DNA of 64,000 nt from an uncultured Candidatus Rokubacteria bacterium (GTDB lineage: Bacteria; Methylomirabilota; Methylomirabilia; Rokubacteriales; CSP1-6): NCBI GenBank assembly GCA_963762145.1, contig CAVXJS010000021.1:256001-320000 (forward strand). The letters are read 5' to 3'. The notes under the pieces are model-generated. The model had not been told where the DNA came from and made no database searches. It saw only the letters and a program-made list of their open reading frames with translations. Each line of letters starts with the position of its first letter. The stretch's first letter is position 1. Shown in pieces: positions 48,698-60,494 of this stretch. The translations under genes and the position numbers were made by a program.

Positions 48698-50004
48698 GCG
48701 CCCTTGGCCTTCTTGCGCAGGAAGCCTTCGTAGTTGCGCATCAGCAGATGGGATTCCATCTGGCGCACCGTATCAAGCGCGACGCCGACCACGATCAGCA
48801 GGCTGGTCCCGCCGAAGTAGAACGGGGTGTTGAACCACTGGATCAGGAAGTCGGGAAGCACCGAGATCAAAGCCAGGAACATCGCTCCCGGCAGCGTGAT
48901 GCGGGTCAGCGTCCGGTCGATGTACTCTGCGGTCTTCTTGCCCGGTCGCACCCCGGGGATGAACCCGCCGTACTTCTTCATGTTGTCGGCGAGATCGACC
49001 GGGTTGAAGACGATCGCGGTGTAGAAGTAGGCGAAGAAGATGATCAGGGCGCAGTAGAGAACGGTGTAGGTGAAGTGCCCGGGCGACAGGGCCTCCGAGA
49101 TGTACTGCATCCACGGATGGTGGATGAAGCGCGTCAGGGTCGCCGGGAACAGGATCAGCGAGGAGGCGAAGATGACCGGGATGACCCCCGCGGTATTGAT
49201 GCGGAGCGGGATGTGGGTGGACTGCCCCCCGTACATCCGCCGCCCCACCACGCGCTTGGCGTACTGCACCGGAATCTTTCGTTGCCCCTCCTGCATCACC
49301 ACGACCGCCGCGGTCACCGCCACCATCATGATGATCAGGCCCAGAAACACGAAGAGCTTGAGCTCGCCGGTGGAGATGAGGGTGTACGACGACACGATCG
49401 CCGAGGGCAGCCGAACCACGATGCCCGCGAAGATGATGAGGGAGATCCCGTTGCCGATTCCCTTCTCGGAGATCTGCTCGCCCAGCCACATGATCAGCGC
49501 GGTCCCGGTGGTCAGGGTCAGCATGGTCAGGAGCCGGAAGCCCCAGCCCGGATCCGGGACGAGGACCGCGCCGGTCTGGCTCCGCATGCTCTCGAGACCC
49601 ACCGCGATGCCGAACGACTGCACGAGCGAGAGCCCGATGGTGCCGTAGCGCGTGTACTGGGTGATCTTCTTCTTGCCCGCCTCGCCTTCCTTGGCGAGGC
49701 GCTCGAGCGCGGGGATGACCACCGTGAGGAGCTGCAGGATGATCGACGCCGAGATGTACGGCATGATCCCGAGCGCGAACACGGTGAGCCGGCGCAGGTT
49801 GCCTCCCGAGAAGAGGTCCACCATGCCAAGCAGCGTGCCCTGTACCTGGTTGAAGAACTCCGCGAGGGCCGCCGCGTCGATGCCCGGAGTGGGCACGTGG
49901 GCGCCCAGCCGGTAAGCGGCGAGGAGCACCAGCGTCATGATGACGCGGCGCTTGAGCTCCGGAACCTTGAAGATGTTCTGGAAGCTCTGCAGCCCTTCGA
50001 TCAC
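48694..50004 (-). CDS. secY: Preprotein translocase SecY
   Basis: [42 protein letters not shown]. Confidence 0.98.
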   Translation of the reverse strand: MIEGLQSFQNIFKVPELKRRVIMTLVLLAAYRLGAHVPTPGIDAAALAEFFNQVQGTLLGMVDLFSGGNLRRLTVFALGIMPYISASIILQLLTVVIPALERLAKEGEAGKKKITQYTRYGTIGLSLVQSFGIAVGLESMRSQTGAVLVPDPGWGFRLLTMLTLTTGTALIMWLGEQISEKGIGNGISLIIFAGIVVRLPSAIVSSYTLISTGELKLFVFLGLIIMMVAVTAAVVVMQEGQRKIPVQYAKRVVGRRMYGGQSTHIPLRINTAGVIPVIFASSLILFPATLTRFIHHPWMQYISEALSPGHFTYTVLYCALIIFFAYFYTAIVFNPVDLADNMKKYGGFIPGVRPGKKTAEYIDRTLTRITLPGAMFLALISVLPDFLIQWFNTPFYFGGTSLLIVVGVALDTVRQMESHLLMRNYEGFLRKKAKGA

Positions 50005-50477
50005 TTGCGGGTCCCCGCGCCCTTGGCGGGCATCGCCTCGACGCGCCCACCCGCCGCCTCGAGCTTCTGCTTGGCCGCCCCGCTGACCTTGTGGACGCGC
50101 ACCGTGAGGGCGTGCGCGACGTCGCCGTCGCCCAGGACCTTGACCGCGCCCCGGCCCGACTTGCGGATCAGCCCGTTCATCACCAGCGTCTCCGGATCCA
50201 CGACGCTCCCCGCCGCGAAGCGGGTGGAGAGCTCGCCGACGTTGACGATGGCAAACTCGGTCTTGCCCCCGTAGGGCAGGAAGCCGCGCTTGGGCAGCCG
50301 GCGGTAGAGGGGCATCTGGCCGCCCTCGAAGCCCGGCCGCGCTCCGCCGCCGGACCGCGCCTTGAGTCCCTTGTGGCCCTTGCCCGACGTCTTGCCGTGG
50401 CCGGACCCCGGACCGCGGCCGATCCGCTTGCGCTTCTTGGTGGATCCCGGCGCCGGCTTCAGATCCTCGAGTCTCAT
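50001..50477 (-). CDS. rplO: 50S ribosomal protein L15
   Basis: [29 protein letters not shown]. Confidence 0.98.
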   Translation of the reverse strand: MRLEDLKPAPGSTKKRKRIGRGPGSGHGKTSGKGHKGLKARSGGGARPGFEGGQMPLYRRLPKRGFLPYGGKTEFAIVNVGELSTRFAAGSVVDPETLVMNGLIRKSGRGAVKVLGDGDVAHALTVRVHKVSGAAKQKLEAAGGRVEAMPAKGAGTRK

Positions 50478-50743
50478 GACTGTTTCCTCGATCCGCTCGG
50501 CTCGATCCCTCTATTCGCTCGGCTCGCCTTCGGCTCACCTTGCTCTGCCCCGGCTGCGCCTCGCCCTTCTTCTACCTTGATGGCGAATACCACGTGGCTG
50601 ATCATGCCGCGGATGGTGGGCGTGTCGTCGTGCTCCACGCTCTGGCGGATGTGACGCAGACCGAGGGCGTGCACGGTGGCCTCCTGCTTCGGGGAGAGCC
50701 CGATGATGCTCCTCACCAACGTCACCCTAAGCTTCTTTGCCAC
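50474..50743 (-). CDS. rpmD: 50S ribosomal protein L30 with a ~30-aa repeat-derived C-terminal extension
   Basis: [12 protein letters not shown]...LGLR...IRGMI. Confidence 0.93.
   Translation of the reverse strand: MAKKLRVTLVRSIIGLSPKQEATVHALGLRHIRQSVEHDDTPTIRGMISHVVFAIKVEEGRGAAGAEQGEPKASRANRGIEPSGSRKQS
50512..50566. repeat. Short interspersed repeat, copy 1 (inside the rpmD 3' end)
   Basis: TATTCGCTCGGCTCGCCTTCGGCT-(20 nt)-GCGCCTCGCCC matches 58908-58942. Confidence 0.75.
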
Positions 50744-51257
50744 CGGCCACCTCCTGCGCTTCACCTTCCATGGACCGCCGCCGCGCCGCGTACGTGGACT
50801 GCAGCCGCTTCAGGCGCCGGAACGCGTCCATCGTCGCCTTCAACACGTTGTGCGGGTTGTTGGTGCCGAGCGTCTTGGTGAGGATGTCCTGCACCCCCGC
50901 CGCCTCCAGCACCGGACGCACCGCTCCGCCCGCGATGACCCCTGTTCCCTGCGCGGCCGGCTTGAGATACACGCGCGCGGCCCCGAAGTGCCCGGTGATC
51001 TCACACGGAATCGTCGTGTTCTTGAGGGGCACCAGCAGCAAGTCCTTCTTGGCGTGCTCGACCGACTTGCGGATAGCCTCGGGAACCTCGCGGGCCTTGC
51101 CGAGCCCGACCCCCACGTGCCCCTGCCCGTCGCCCACCACCACCAGAGCCGTGAACGAGAACCGCCGGCCACCCTTGACCACCTTGGCCACCCGGTTGAT
51201 GGCAACCACCCGGTCGGTCAGGTCCAGTGAATTCGGATCAATCCGCGCTTCCGCCAC
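50727..51257 (-). CDS. rpsE: 30S ribosomal protein S5
   Basis: [24 protein letters not shown]. Confidence 0.98.
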   Translation of the reverse strand: MAEARIDPNSLDLTDRVVAINRVAKVVKGGRRFSFTALVVVGDGQGHVGVGLGKAREVPEAIRKSVEHAKKDLLLVPLKNTTIPCEITGHFGAARVYLKPAAQGTGVIAGGAVRPVLEAAGVQDILTKTLGTNNPHNVLKATMDAFRRLKRLQSTYAARRRSMEGEAQEVAGGKEA

Positions 51258-51271
51258 TCGGTGCTCCTCTC

Positions 51272-51637
51272 CTAGAACGCAAGGCCGGCGGCGCGCGCCG
51301 CCTCGGCCAGGGCCTTCACACGCCCGTGGTACTGGTAGCCGCCGCGATCGAACACGACCTGCGTGATGCCGTGCGCCTTCGCGCGCTGGGCCAGCAGCTC
51401 TCCCACGATCTTGGCCGCGGCCACGTTGCCCCCCGCCTTCGCCTTCTGGCGGAAGTCGGGAGCACGGCTGTCCACCGCGGCAAGCGTGCGACCGGTGGTG
51501 TCGTCCACGACCTGGGCGTAGATGTGGTTCAGGCTCCGGAACACGGCGAGCCGCGGCCGCTCCGCGGTGCCGATCACCCGCGCGCGGATGCGGAGGTGCC
51601 GCACCTTCCGCCCCTGGACCTTCTGTCCGGTCAGCAT
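51272..51637 (-). CDS. rplR: 50S ribosomal protein L18
   Basis: [22 protein letters not shown]. Confidence 0.98.
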   Translation of the reverse strand: MLTGQKVQGRKVRHLRIRARVIGTAERPRLAVFRSLNHIYAQVVDDTTGRTLAAVDSRAPDFRQKAKAGGNVAAAKIVGELLAQRAKAHGITQVVFDRGGYQYHGRVKALAEAARAAGLAF

Positions 51638-52179
51638 TACTTGGCCCCCGCCTTCTTGCCCACTTTTCTCCGGATGTGCTCGTCCGCGTACTTGATGCCC
51701 TTGCCCTTGTAGGGATCCGGCTTCCGCAAGGCCCGCAGCTTGGCCGCGGTCTGGCCCAGCAGGGCCTTGTCGGCGCCCCGCAGGGTGATCGAGACCTGCC
51801 GCTCCACCTCCGCCTGGATGCCCTCGGGAAGCGGGAAGATGACGGGGTGCGAGTACCCGAGGGCGAGCTGCAGGGCCTTGCCCTGGAGCTGGCAGCGATA
51901 ACCGATCCCGACGATCTCGAGCTTCCGCTCGAAGCCGTCCTTGACCCCGGTCACCATGTTGAAGATCAGCGACCGCGTCAGCCCGTGCAGGGCGCGGACG
52001 TTGCGATGGTCGGAGTCCCGGGCGACGGTGAGGACGTTGGAGTCCATCGACACCGAGACCCCGGACGGGATCGACTGGCTCAGCTTGCCCTTGGGCCCCT
52101 CCGCCTTCACGGTGGCGCCTTCCAGCGCGACCTTGACTCCCTGGGGGACCGGAATGGGCTTCTTACCGATTCGCGACAT
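51637..52179 (-). CDS. rplF: 50S ribosomal protein L6
   Basis: [24 protein letters not shown]. Confidence 0.98.
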   Translation of the reverse strand: MSRIGKKPIPVPQGVKVALEGATVKAEGPKGKLSQSIPSGVSVSMDSNVLTVARDSDHRNVRALHGLTRSLIFNMVTGVKDGFERKLEIVGIGYRCQLQGKALQLALGYSHPVIFPLPEGIQAEVERQVSITLRGADKALLGQTAAKLRALRKPDPYKGKGIKYADEHIRRKVGKKAGAK

Positions 52180-52193
52180 GGCTCGGGTCACTC

Positions 52194-52586
52194 CTACCAG
52201 ACGTAGGCCAGCACTTCGCCGCCCAGGTGCTGCTTGCGCACCTGGCGGTCCGTCATCACTCCGGCGGAGGTGGAGAGAATCGCCACCCCCATGCCGCCCA
52301 GAATGGTGGGGATCTTGTCCTTGGTCACGTAGATACGCCGTCCCGGGCGCGACACCCGCACGATCCCGGAGATGATCTTCTCGCTGCCCACGTACTTGAG
52401 GTACACGCGCAGCGTGCCCTGCTTGTTGTCCTCGATGATCCGGAAGTTCTTGATGAACCCCTCGTCCTTCAGGATCTCGGCCATCCGCAGCTTGAGCTTC
52501 GACGACGGGATGTCCACCTTCTCATGCTCGGCGCGGCTCGCGTTGCGGATGCGCGTGAGGAAGTCGGCGATCGGATCGCTGTACAT
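52194..52586 (-). CDS. rpsH: 30S ribosomal protein S8
   Basis: [30 protein letters not shown]. Confidence 0.98.
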   Translation of the reverse strand: MYSDPIADFLTRIRNASRAEHEKVDIPSSKLKLRMAEILKDEGFIKNFRIIEDNKQGTLRVYLKYVGSEKIISGIVRVSRPGRRIYVTKDKIPTILGGMGVAILSTSAGVMTDRQVRKQHLGGEVLAYVW

Positions 52587-52590
52587 GGCG

Positions 52591-52776
52591 CTACCAGCTC
52601 GCCTTGATCACGCCGGGCACCTCGCCCTTGAGCGCGAGCTCTCGGAAGCAGATCCGGCACGTCTGGAACTTACGCAGGAAGCCGCGGGGCCGGCCGCAGA
52701 TCTTGCAGCGCGTGTAGGCGCGCGACTTGAACTTCGGCGGACGCTGCTGCTTCATGATGAGCGAGGTCTTGGCCAT
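52591..52776 (-). CDS. rpsN: 30S ribosomal protein S14 (short Zn-binding type)
   Basis: RCKICGR...[15 protein letters not shown]. Confidence 0.97.
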   Translation of the reverse strand: MAKTSLIMKQQRPPKFKSRAYTRCKICGRPRGFLRKFQTCRICFRELALKGEVPGVIKASW

Positions 52777-52778
52777 GA

Positions 52779-53492
52779 TCAGGCCTCCGCCGTCCGGAAC
52801 GGTACACCCAGGTGCGTCAAAAGGGCCTTCGCTTCCTCGTCGGTGCGCGCGGTCGTGACCATCGTGATATCCATGCCGCGGACCTTGTCCACCTTGTCGT
52901 ACACGATCTCGGGGAAGATGATCTGCTCCTTGAGTCCCATGTTGTAGTTGCCGCGGCCGTCGAAGCCCTTGGGGGGCACGCCCTTGAAATCCCGCACCCG
53001 CGGCAGCGCCACGTTGACGAGCCGGTCCAGGAACTCGTACATGCGCGGCCCGCGCAGAGTCACCTTGCAGCCGATCGGCACGTTCTCGCGCAGCTTGAAG
53101 TTGGCGATCGACTTCTTGGCGCGGGTGACGATCGGCTTCTGGCCCGCGATCGCCTGCAGGTCGGCGGTGGCGAAGTCCAGCACCTTCGCGTTCTCCTTGC
53201 CCTCGCCCACCCCCATGTTGATCACGACCTTCGACAGCCGCGGCACCTGGAACGGATTGCCGTAGCCGCGCTCCTTCATCATGGCCGGGACCACCGCGGT
53301 CCGGAACCGCTCCCGCATCCGGGGAGGCACCGCTCCGCTGACGCTGGCTCGCTTGGCCGGCTGTCCCGGAGCGTCGGTCGCGGGCGCGCCCTTGCCGCCC
53401 TTGGGGCGCGCGGGGGCCTGGCCTCCGCGTCCCGCTGCGGCTCCGCCGCCCTTCCCGCCCCCCGCCTTGTCCGCCTTCTTCGGCTCTGCCAT
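52779..53492 (-). CDS. rplE: 50S ribosomal protein L5 with a long N-terminal extension
   Basis: [30 protein letters not shown]. Confidence 0.96.
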   Translation of the reverse strand: MAEPKKADKAGGGKGGGAAAGRGGQAPARPKGGKGAPATDAPGQPAKRASVSGAVPPRMRERFRTAVVPAMMKERGYGNPFQVPRLSKVVINMGVGEGKENAKVLDFATADLQAIAGQKPIVTRAKKSIANFKLRENVPIGCKVTLRGPRMYEFLDRLVNVALPRVRDFKGVPPKGFDGRGNYNMGLKEQIIFPEIVYDKVDKVRGMDITMVTTARTDEEAKALLTHLGVPFRTAEA

Positions 53493-53499
53493 CACGCCC

Positions 53500-53826
53500 T
53501 CACGCCTTGTCGAGCATCTCGCCCGACCGTCTGGCCACCCGGACCTTCTTGCCGTCGGACAGCGCCTTCATCCCGACGCGGGTCGGCTTGTTGCTGCCGG
53601 GATCCACCAGCATCACGTTGGAGAGGTGGATCGCCCCCTCGCGCTCGATGATCCCGCCCTGCCGGATCTTCTGGGTGGGCTTCTGGTGCTTCTTGATCAT
53701 GTTGATTCGCTCCACCACCACGCGGCCCTTCTCGGGGATCACGCGCAGCACCTTGCCCTTCTTGCCGCGCTCCTTCCCCGCCACCACCACCACCGTGTCG
53801 CCCTTCCGCACGTGCGCGATCGCCAT
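53500..53826 (-). CDS. rplX: 50S ribosomal protein L24
   Basis: [21 protein letters not shown]. Confidence 0.97.
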   Translation of the reverse strand: MAIAHVRKGDTVVVVAGKERGKKGKVLRVIPEKGRVVVERINMIKKHQKPTQKIRQGGIIEREGAIHLSNVMLVDPGSNKPTRVGMKALSDGKKVRVARRSGEMLDKA

Positions 53827-53834
53827 GGCGTCCT

Positions 53835-54203
53835 CTAGATGACCTCGGGGGCGAGGGAGATGATCTTGGTGAACTGCTTGTCCCGCAGCTCCCGCGCCAC
53901 CGGCCCGAAGATGCGCGTGCCCACCGGGTTGTCGTCGGCCTTGAGCAGCACCACCGCGTTCCGGTCGAAGCGGATGTAGGAGCCGTCGCGGCGTCCCACC
54001 TCCTTGACGGTGCGCACCACCACCGCGCGCGCCACCTCGCCCTTCTTCACGGTCCCGTCCGGCACCGCCTCCTTCACCGCCACCACCACCACGTCGCCGA
54101 GGGAGGCGTAGCGCTTGTTGGCGCCCCCCATGACCCGGATGCACTGGACCTTCTTGGCCCCCGAGTTGTCCGCGACGTCGAGCATCGAGCGGGGCTGGAT
54201 CAT
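53835..54203 (-). CDS. rplN: 50S ribosomal protein L14
   Basis: [21 protein letters not shown]. Confidence 0.98.
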   Translation of the reverse strand: MIQPRSMLDVADNSGAKKVQCIRVMGGANKRYASLGDVVVVAVKEAVPDGTVKKGEVARAVVVRTVKEVGRRDGSYIRFDRNAVVLLKADDNPVGTRIFGPVARELRDKQFTKIISLAPEVI

Positions 54204-54448
54204 GACGCGCTCGCCAGCACCTGCAGGATCCGCCACCGCTTTTCCTTCGACAGCGGCCGCGTCTCCTCGATCAGCACCCGGTCTCCGACCTTGCTCGCGT
54301 TCTGCTCGTCGTGCGCCTTCAGCCGCTTCGACCGGGTGATCACCCGCTCGTAGCGCGGATGACGGAACACGCGCTCGATGCGCACCACGCGCGTCTTGGT
54401 CATCTTGTCGCTGACCACCACGCCTTCCCGCCTCTTCTTCACACCCAC
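54200..54448 (-). CDS. rpsQ: 30S ribosomal protein S17
   Basis: [22 protein letters not shown]. Confidence 0.96.
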   Translation of the reverse strand: MGVKKRREGVVVSDKMTKTRVVRIERVFRHPRYERVITRSKRLKAHDEQNASKVGDRVLIEETRPLSKEKRWRILQVLASAS

Positions 54449-54470
54449 GATTCGCTCCTCCCCAACCCGG

Positions 54471-54677
54471 CTACGCCGGCCGCGGGATGCGCAGCGCCCG
54501 CTCCCGGAGAATGGTCTGGGCCCGGGCCAGATCCCGCCGGGCGATCGCCACCCGCGCCGGGTTCTTGGCCACGCCCATCGAAAGCTGGAACCGCAGGTTG
54601 AAGAGCTCCTCACCGAGCTCCTGGGCCTTCTGCTGCAGCTCGTCGTCGGACATCTCACGCCACTTGGCCGCCTTCAT
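54471..54677 (-). CDS. rpmC: 50S ribosomal protein L29
   Basis: [17 protein letters not shown]. Confidence 0.96.
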   Translation of the reverse strand: MKAAKWREMSDDELQQKAQELGEELFNLRFQLSMGVAKNPARVAIARRDLARAQTILRERALRIPRPA

Positions 54678-54692
54678 GGTCGCCTCAGTGCC

Positions 54693-55109
54693 TCACAGCG
54701 CTCGCACGCGGGTCACGAACTTGGTCTTGATGCCGATCTTCTGGGCGGCCAGGCGGAACCCCTCCTTGGCCGTCGCCTCGTCCACTCCTTCCATCTCGTA
54801 CATGATGCGACCGGGCTTGACCACCGCCACCCAGAACTCCGGGTTTCCCTTGCCCTTGCCCATCCGCGTCTCGGCGGGCTTCTTGGTCACCGGCTTGTCC
54901 GGGAAGATGCGGATGAAGATCTTCCCGCCCCGCTTCACGCTACGGGCCAGCGACACTCGGGCCGCCTCGATCTGCCGGTTGGTGACCCAGCCGGGCTCGA
55001 GCGCCTTGAGGCCGAACTCGCCGAAGGCCAGGGTGGAGCCGCGCTGCGCCTTGCCCCTCATCCGGCCGCGCTGGGCCTTGCGATACTTGACGCGCTTGGG
55101 CATCAGCAT
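54693..55109 (-). CDS. rplP: 50S ribosomal protein L16
   Basis: [17 protein letters not shown]. Confidence 0.98.
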   Translation of the reverse strand: MLMPKRVKYRKAQRGRMRGKAQRGSTLAFGEFGLKALEPGWVTNRQIEAARVSLARSVKRGGKIFIRIFPDKPVTKKPAETRMGKGKGNPEFWVAVVKPGRIMYEMEGVDEATAKEGFRLAAQKIGIKTKFVTRVRAL

Positions 55110-55115
55110 GGCGAC

Positions 55116-55766
55116 TTAACCTTCGGCGACGACTTTCTGGGTGGGGAGCACCTCACCCTTGAAGATCCACACCTTCACTCCGATCGCCCCGAACGTGGTG
55201 TGCGCCTCGGCGAGCCCGTAGTCGATGTCGGCGCGGATGGTGTGCAGCGGCACCCGGCCGTCGCGGTACCACTCGCGCCGCGCGATCTCCGCGCCGCCCA
55301 GCCGGCCCGCGCAGGCGATCCGGATGCCGTCGGCGCCCAGGCGCAGGGCCGAGGTGACCGCCTTCTTCATCGCACGCCGGAAGGCCACCCGCTTCTGGAG
55401 CTGCAGGGCCACGTTCTCGGCCACCAGCTGCGCGTCCAGCTCGGGATGCACCACCTCTTCGATGTTGAGGTAGACCTCCTTGGCCGTCCGCATCTGGATC
55501 TCGTTCTTGAGCTTCTCGACCTCGGCCCCCTTGCGGCCGATGATGATGCCGGGCCGGGCCGTGAAGATGGTGATACGCGCCCGGTTGGCCGACCGCTCGA
55601 TGTCGATCCGCGAGATTCCCGCGTGATAGAGCGCCGACTTGATGTAGCGGCGGATCTTGTGGTCCTCGTGCAGCAGCCCCGCGTAGCCCTTGGTCGCGAA
55701 CCAGCGCGAGCTCCACGTGCGCGTGGTCCCCAGCCGGAATCCGATCGGATGTGTCTTCTGGCCCAT
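55116..55766 (-). CDS. rpsC: 30S ribosomal protein S3
   Basis: [30 protein letters not shown]. Confidence 0.98.
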   Translation of the reverse strand: MGQKTHPIGFRLGTTRTWSSRWFATKGYAGLLHEDHKIRRYIKSALYHAGISRIDIERSANRARITIFTARPGIIIGRKGAEVEKLKNEIQMRTAKEVYLNIEEVVHPELDAQLVAENVALQLQKRVAFRRAMKKAVTSALRLGADGIRIACAGRLGGAEIARREWYRDGRVPLHTIRADIDYGLAEAHTTFGAIGVKVWIFKGEVLPTQKVVAEG

Positions 55767-55768
55767 GA

Positions 55769-56143
55769 CTACCTCTTGTCTCCCCGCGCCGCCGCGCGCC
55801 CGGCGACCGTCTCGTCGCTCAGCTCGATGGTGAGATGGCTCGTGCGATGCTTGATGAAGTAGGCGCGCCCCATCGCCCGCGGGGACACCCGCTTCATGGA
55901 CGGCCCGCCGTCGGCCACCGCCTTGACGACCCGGAGATCGTCCAGATTCCGCACCTGGTGGTTGTGCTCCGCGTTGGCGATGGCGGAGCGCAGCACCTTC
56001 TCTATGAGGCGGCCGGCCGCCTTCGGGGTGTACTGCAGGGTCGCGAGCGCCTCCCCCACCGACTTGCCGCGGATGTGGTCGAGCACGAGGCGGGCCTTCG
56101 AGGCGGGTACCCGGATGTAACGCGCGGTCGCGGTCGTGCGCAT
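55769..56143 (-). CDS. rplV: 50S ribosomal protein L22
   Basis: [23 protein letters not shown]. Confidence 0.97.
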   Translation of the reverse strand: MRTTATARYIRVPASKARLVLDHIRGKSVGEALATLQYTPKAAGRLIEKVLRSAIANAEHNHQVRNLDDLRVVKAVADGGPSMKRVSPRAMGRAYFIKHRTSHLTIELSDETVAGRAAARGDKR

Positions 56144-56145
56144 GC

Positions 56146-56439
56146 TCAGGACTTCCCGGTCGGGGAGGCGGAAGCCTTCTCGGCCTGCCCGTGGGCCTTG
56201 AAGGTGCGGGTCAGCGCGAACTCGCCGAGGCGATGCCCGACCATGTTCTCGGTGATGTACACCGGGATGAACTTCTTGCCGTTGTGCACCGCGAGCGTGT
56301 GCCCCACGAACTCGGGGATGATGGTGGACCGCCGCGACCAGGTCTTCAGCACCTTCTTCTGGCGCGTGCGGTTCAGCTCCTCGACGCGCTTCTCGAGGCG
56401 CTCCTCGATGTACGGGCCCTTCTTGGTCGACCGTCCCAT
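56146..56439 (-). CDS. rpsS: 30S ribosomal protein S19
   Basis: [18 protein letters not shown]. Confidence 0.98.
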   Translation of the reverse strand: MGRSTKKGPYIEERLEKRVEELNRTRQKKVLKTWSRRSTIIPEFVGHTLAVHNGKKFIPVYITENMVGHRLGEFALTRTFKAHGQAEKASASPTGKS

Positions 56440-56454
56440 GGTCTGTCCCGCCCC

Positions 56455-57279
56455 CTATTTCGTCCGCCGGGTCACGATGTAGCGATCCGACGGTCGCGCC
56501 CCGCGCCGCGTCTTGTAGCCCTTGGTCGGCTTGCCCCAGGGGGTCATGGGATGGTTGCCCTTGCCCTTGCCCTCGCCGCCGCCCATCGGATGGTCCACCG
56601 GGTTCATCACGGTGCCCCGCACGGTCGGGCGGAATCCCTTCCACCGCACGCGCCCGGCCTTGCCGATGGACACGTTCTCGTGATCGAGGTTACCTACCTG
56701 ACCGATGGTGGCCATGCAGTCGAGCTTCACCTGCCGGACCTCGCCGGAGGGCAGCTTGATGTTCGCGTGGTCGCCTTCCTTGGCCAGAACCTGGGCGAGC
56801 GTCCCCGCGCTGCGGCAGAGCTGACCGCCCTTGCCGGGCTGCAGCTCCACGTTGTGCACGAGCGTGCCCAGCGGGATGTTCCGGATCGGCAGCGCGTTGC
56901 CGGGCAGGATGTCGGCCTGCGGCCCCGACATCAGGATGTCGCCCGGCTTGAGCCCGAGCGGCGCGATGATGTAGCGCTTCTCGCCGTCCCGGTAGTGGAG
57001 CAGGGCGATGCGCGCGGAGCGACCCGGATCGTACTCGATCCCCGCCACCTTGGCCGGGATCCCGAACTTCTCGCGGCGGAAATCGACGTCGCGGAGCATG
57101 CGCTTGGCCCCGCCGCCCCGGTGCCGCACCGTGATGCGGCCGTGAACGTTGCGCCCGTTGGTGCGCCGCTTGGGGCGCAGCAGGCTCTTCTCCGGCGTCT
57201 TCTTCGTGATGTCTTCGTTGGTGACGAAGGTCATGTAGCGCCGGGCCGGCGACGTGGGCTTGACGGTGCGGATTCCCAT
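56455..57279 (-). CDS. rplB: 50S ribosomal protein L2
   Basis: [21 protein letters not shown]. Confidence 0.98.
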   Translation of the reverse strand: MGIRTVKPTSPARRYMTFVTNEDITKKTPEKSLLRPKRRTNGRNVHGRITVRHRGGGAKRMLRDVDFRREKFGIPAKVAGIEYDPGRSARIALLHYRDGEKRYIIAPLGLKPGDILMSGPQADILPGNALPIRNIPLGTLVHNVELQPGKGGQLCRSAGTLAQVLAKEGDHANIKLPSGEVRQVKLDCMATIGQVGNLDHENVSIGKAGRVRWKGFRPTVRGTVMNPVDHPMGGGEGKGKGNHPMTPWGKPTKGYKTRRGARPSDRYIVTRRTK

Positions 57280-57283
57280 GGTG

Positions 57284-57574
57284 CTAGGCGCCCTCCACGA
57301 GCTCGATCTTGTGACCGGGGGCCAGCGTGACCATGGCCTTCTTCCAGCTCCGGCGCCGCCCCTCGAACTTGCCCATGCGCTTCCACTTGCCCTCGCGGGC
57401 CTGGGTGCGCACGTCCGCGACCTTGACGTTGAAGACCTTCTCCACCGCGTGACGGATCTCGACCTTGTTGGCGTCGACCGCCACCTCGAAAGTCACGGTG
57501 TTGGTGACTTCCTTCTGCTGCATGCTCTTCTCCGTCATCAGGGGGCGAACGAGCACCGAGCGCGGATCCCTCAT
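57284..57574 (-). CDS. rplW: 50S ribosomal protein L23
   Basis: [21 protein letters not shown]. Confidence 0.97.
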   Translation of the reverse strand: MRDPRSVLVRPLMTEKSMQQKEVTNTVTFEVAVDANKVEIRHAVEKVFNVKVADVRTQAREGKWKRMGKFEGRRRSWKKAMVTLAPGHKIELVEGA

Positions 57575-58197
57575 GACTTGAGCGCCTCCTGCAGCGCGAG
57601 CAGCGCCGCCTTCTCGAACACCACCCGCTCGCTCCGGATCAGCTGGTAGACCGACACGTGCCCGGGCGTCTCCAGGGTGAGCCACGCCACGTTGCGCGCG
57701 GCGCGCTTGAGCCCGTCCGGCACCTCGGCAACCACCAGCAGGGTGGGCACCCCGACGATGCCCAGCCCCTTCAGCCGGGTGGCCAGGGTCTTGGTCTTGG
57801 CGTCGGTCACCGCGAACGTCTCCACCACCGCGAGCTCGCCGGCGTCCAGCTTCACCGCCACCGCTTCGCGCAGCGCGGCCCGGCGCATCTCGGTGGGCAG
57901 GCGCTTGTCGTACTTGCGCGGCCGGGGCCCGAACGGCTTGCCGCCGCCCTTCCACTGGGTGGCCCGGATCGATCCCTGCCGCGCCCGCCCGGTGCCCTTC
58001 TGCTTCCACGGCTTGCGTCCGCCGCCCGACACGTCGCTGCGCCCGCGCGTCGAATGCGTGCCCGCGCGCCGCGCGGCCAGCTCCTTCACCACCGCCTGGT
58101 GGAGCAGAGGAATGCGCGGGGTGCCGCCGAACACGTCGGCGGACAGCTCGAGGGTCTGGGCCTTGCCGGTGCCGCCGCTGACCGGAACGCTGGGCAT
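57571..58197 (-). CDS. rplD: 50S ribosomal protein L4
   Basis: KPWKQKGTGRARQGS, GGGKPFGP. Confidence 0.97.
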   Translation of the reverse strand: MPSVPVSGGTGKAQTLELSADVFGGTPRIPLLHQAVVKELAARRAGTHSTRGRSDVSGGGRKPWKQKGTGRARQGSIRATQWKGGGKPFGPRPRKYDKRLPTEMRRAALREAVAVKLDAGELAVVETFAVTDAKTKTLATRLKGLGIVGVPTLLVVAEVPDGLKRAARNVAWLTLETPGHVSVYQLIRSERVVFEKAALLALQEALKS

Positions 58198-58199
58198 GG

Positions 58200-58880
58200 C
58201 TACTTGGCCTCTCGCGCCTTCTGCTGCTGCGCCTTGGTCTGCTTCACGCTCTTGCGGATCACCACGAGCCCGCCGATCGCGCCCGGCACCGCGCCGCGGA
58301 GCAGGATCAGGTTCTGCTCGGGGAGCACGCGCGCCACCACCAGGTTGAGGACGGTGCGGCGATCGCCGCCCATCCGGCCCGGCAGGTGGTGGCCCGGCCA
58401 CACCCGCGACGGATCCGACGACGCACCTATCGAGCCCGGCCGGCGGTGGAACATGGAGCCGTGGGACGCGTCGCCGCCCGACCAGCCGTAGCGCTTGACG
58501 CCGCCCGCGAAGCCCTTGCCCTTGGTCACCCCCACCACGTCCACGAACTCGCCCGGAGTGAACAGGCCCACGGTGAGGGTCTGGCCGACCTGGTAGGCGC
58601 TCACCGCCTCGGTCTTCTGCAGCCGGATCTCCTGCAGCACCCGCATCGCTCCCGGCACGCCCGCCTTCTTGTAGAGGCCGGCCATCGCCTTGGTGACGTT
58701 CTTCTTGCGGGACTCGAAGCCGAGCTGGAGCGCGTCGTAGCCGTGGGTCGGCTTGGTGCGCAGGCCCACCACCGTGCAGGGGCCCGCCTCGACCACGGTC
58801 ACCGGGATGAGGTTGCCGTCCTCCCCGAAGACCTGGGTCATGCCCTTCTTGCGGCCGATCAGCCCCTCTTTCATCGCCAT
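58200..58880 (-). CDS. rplC: 50S ribosomal protein L3
   Basis: KKGMTQVF, KGKGFAG, PGRMGG, GAVPG. Confidence 0.98.
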   Translation of the reverse strand: MAMKEGLIGRKKGMTQVFGEDGNLIPVTVVEAGPCTVVGLRTKPTHGYDALQLGFESRKKNVTKAMAGLYKKAGVPGAMRVLQEIRLQKTEAVSAYQVGQTLTVGLFTPGEFVDVVGVTKGKGFAGGVKRYGWSGGDASHGSMFHRRPGSIGASSDPSRVWPGHHLPGRMGGDRRTVLNLVVARVLPEQNLILLRGAVPGAIGGLVVIRKSVKQTKAQQQKAREAK

Positions 58881-58907
58881 CGTCTTAGGTTCCTATCTTC
58901 TCTCTTG

Positions 58908-58942
58908 TATTCGCTCGTCTCGCCTTCGGCTGCGCCTCGCCC
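58908..58942. repeat. Short interspersed repeat, copy 2 (rpsJ-rplC spacer)
   Basis: TATTCGCTCGTCTCGCCTTCGGCTGCGCCTCGCCC matches 50512-50566. Confidence 0.75.
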
Positions 58943-58949
58943 AGCATTT

Positions 58950-59270
58950 CTAGAGCTTGATCTCGACGTCCACACCACTCGGGAGGTCGAGCTTCATCAG
59001 CGCGTCCACCGTCTGGGGAGTCGGATCCAGGATGTCGATCAGTCGCTTGTGCGTCCGCATCTCGAACTGCTCACGTGAGGTCTTGTCCACGTGGGGCGAG
59101 CGCAGCACTGTCCACCGGTTGATGATGGTGGGCAGCAGCACCGGCCCGGTCACGCGCGCACCGGTGCGGCGCACCGTCTCCACGATCTCCTTCATCGAGC
59201 GGTCCAGAAGACTGTGGTCGTAGGCCTTCAGGCGGATCCGGATCTTCTGGTCGGCGCTGACGGTAGCCAT
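58950..59270 (-). CDS. rpsJ: 30S ribosomal protein S10
   Basis: [31 protein letters not shown]. Confidence 0.98.
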   Translation of the reverse strand: MATVSADQKIRIRLKAYDHSLLDRSMKEIVETVRRTGARVTGPVLLPTIINRWTVLRSPHVDKTSREQFEMRTHKRLIDILDPTPQTVDALMKLDLPSGVDVEIKL

Positions 59271-59276
59271 GGCGTG

Positions 59277-60473
<1,197 letters not shown>

Positions 60474-60494
60474 GATTCGTTCTCCTGTAGCGGG

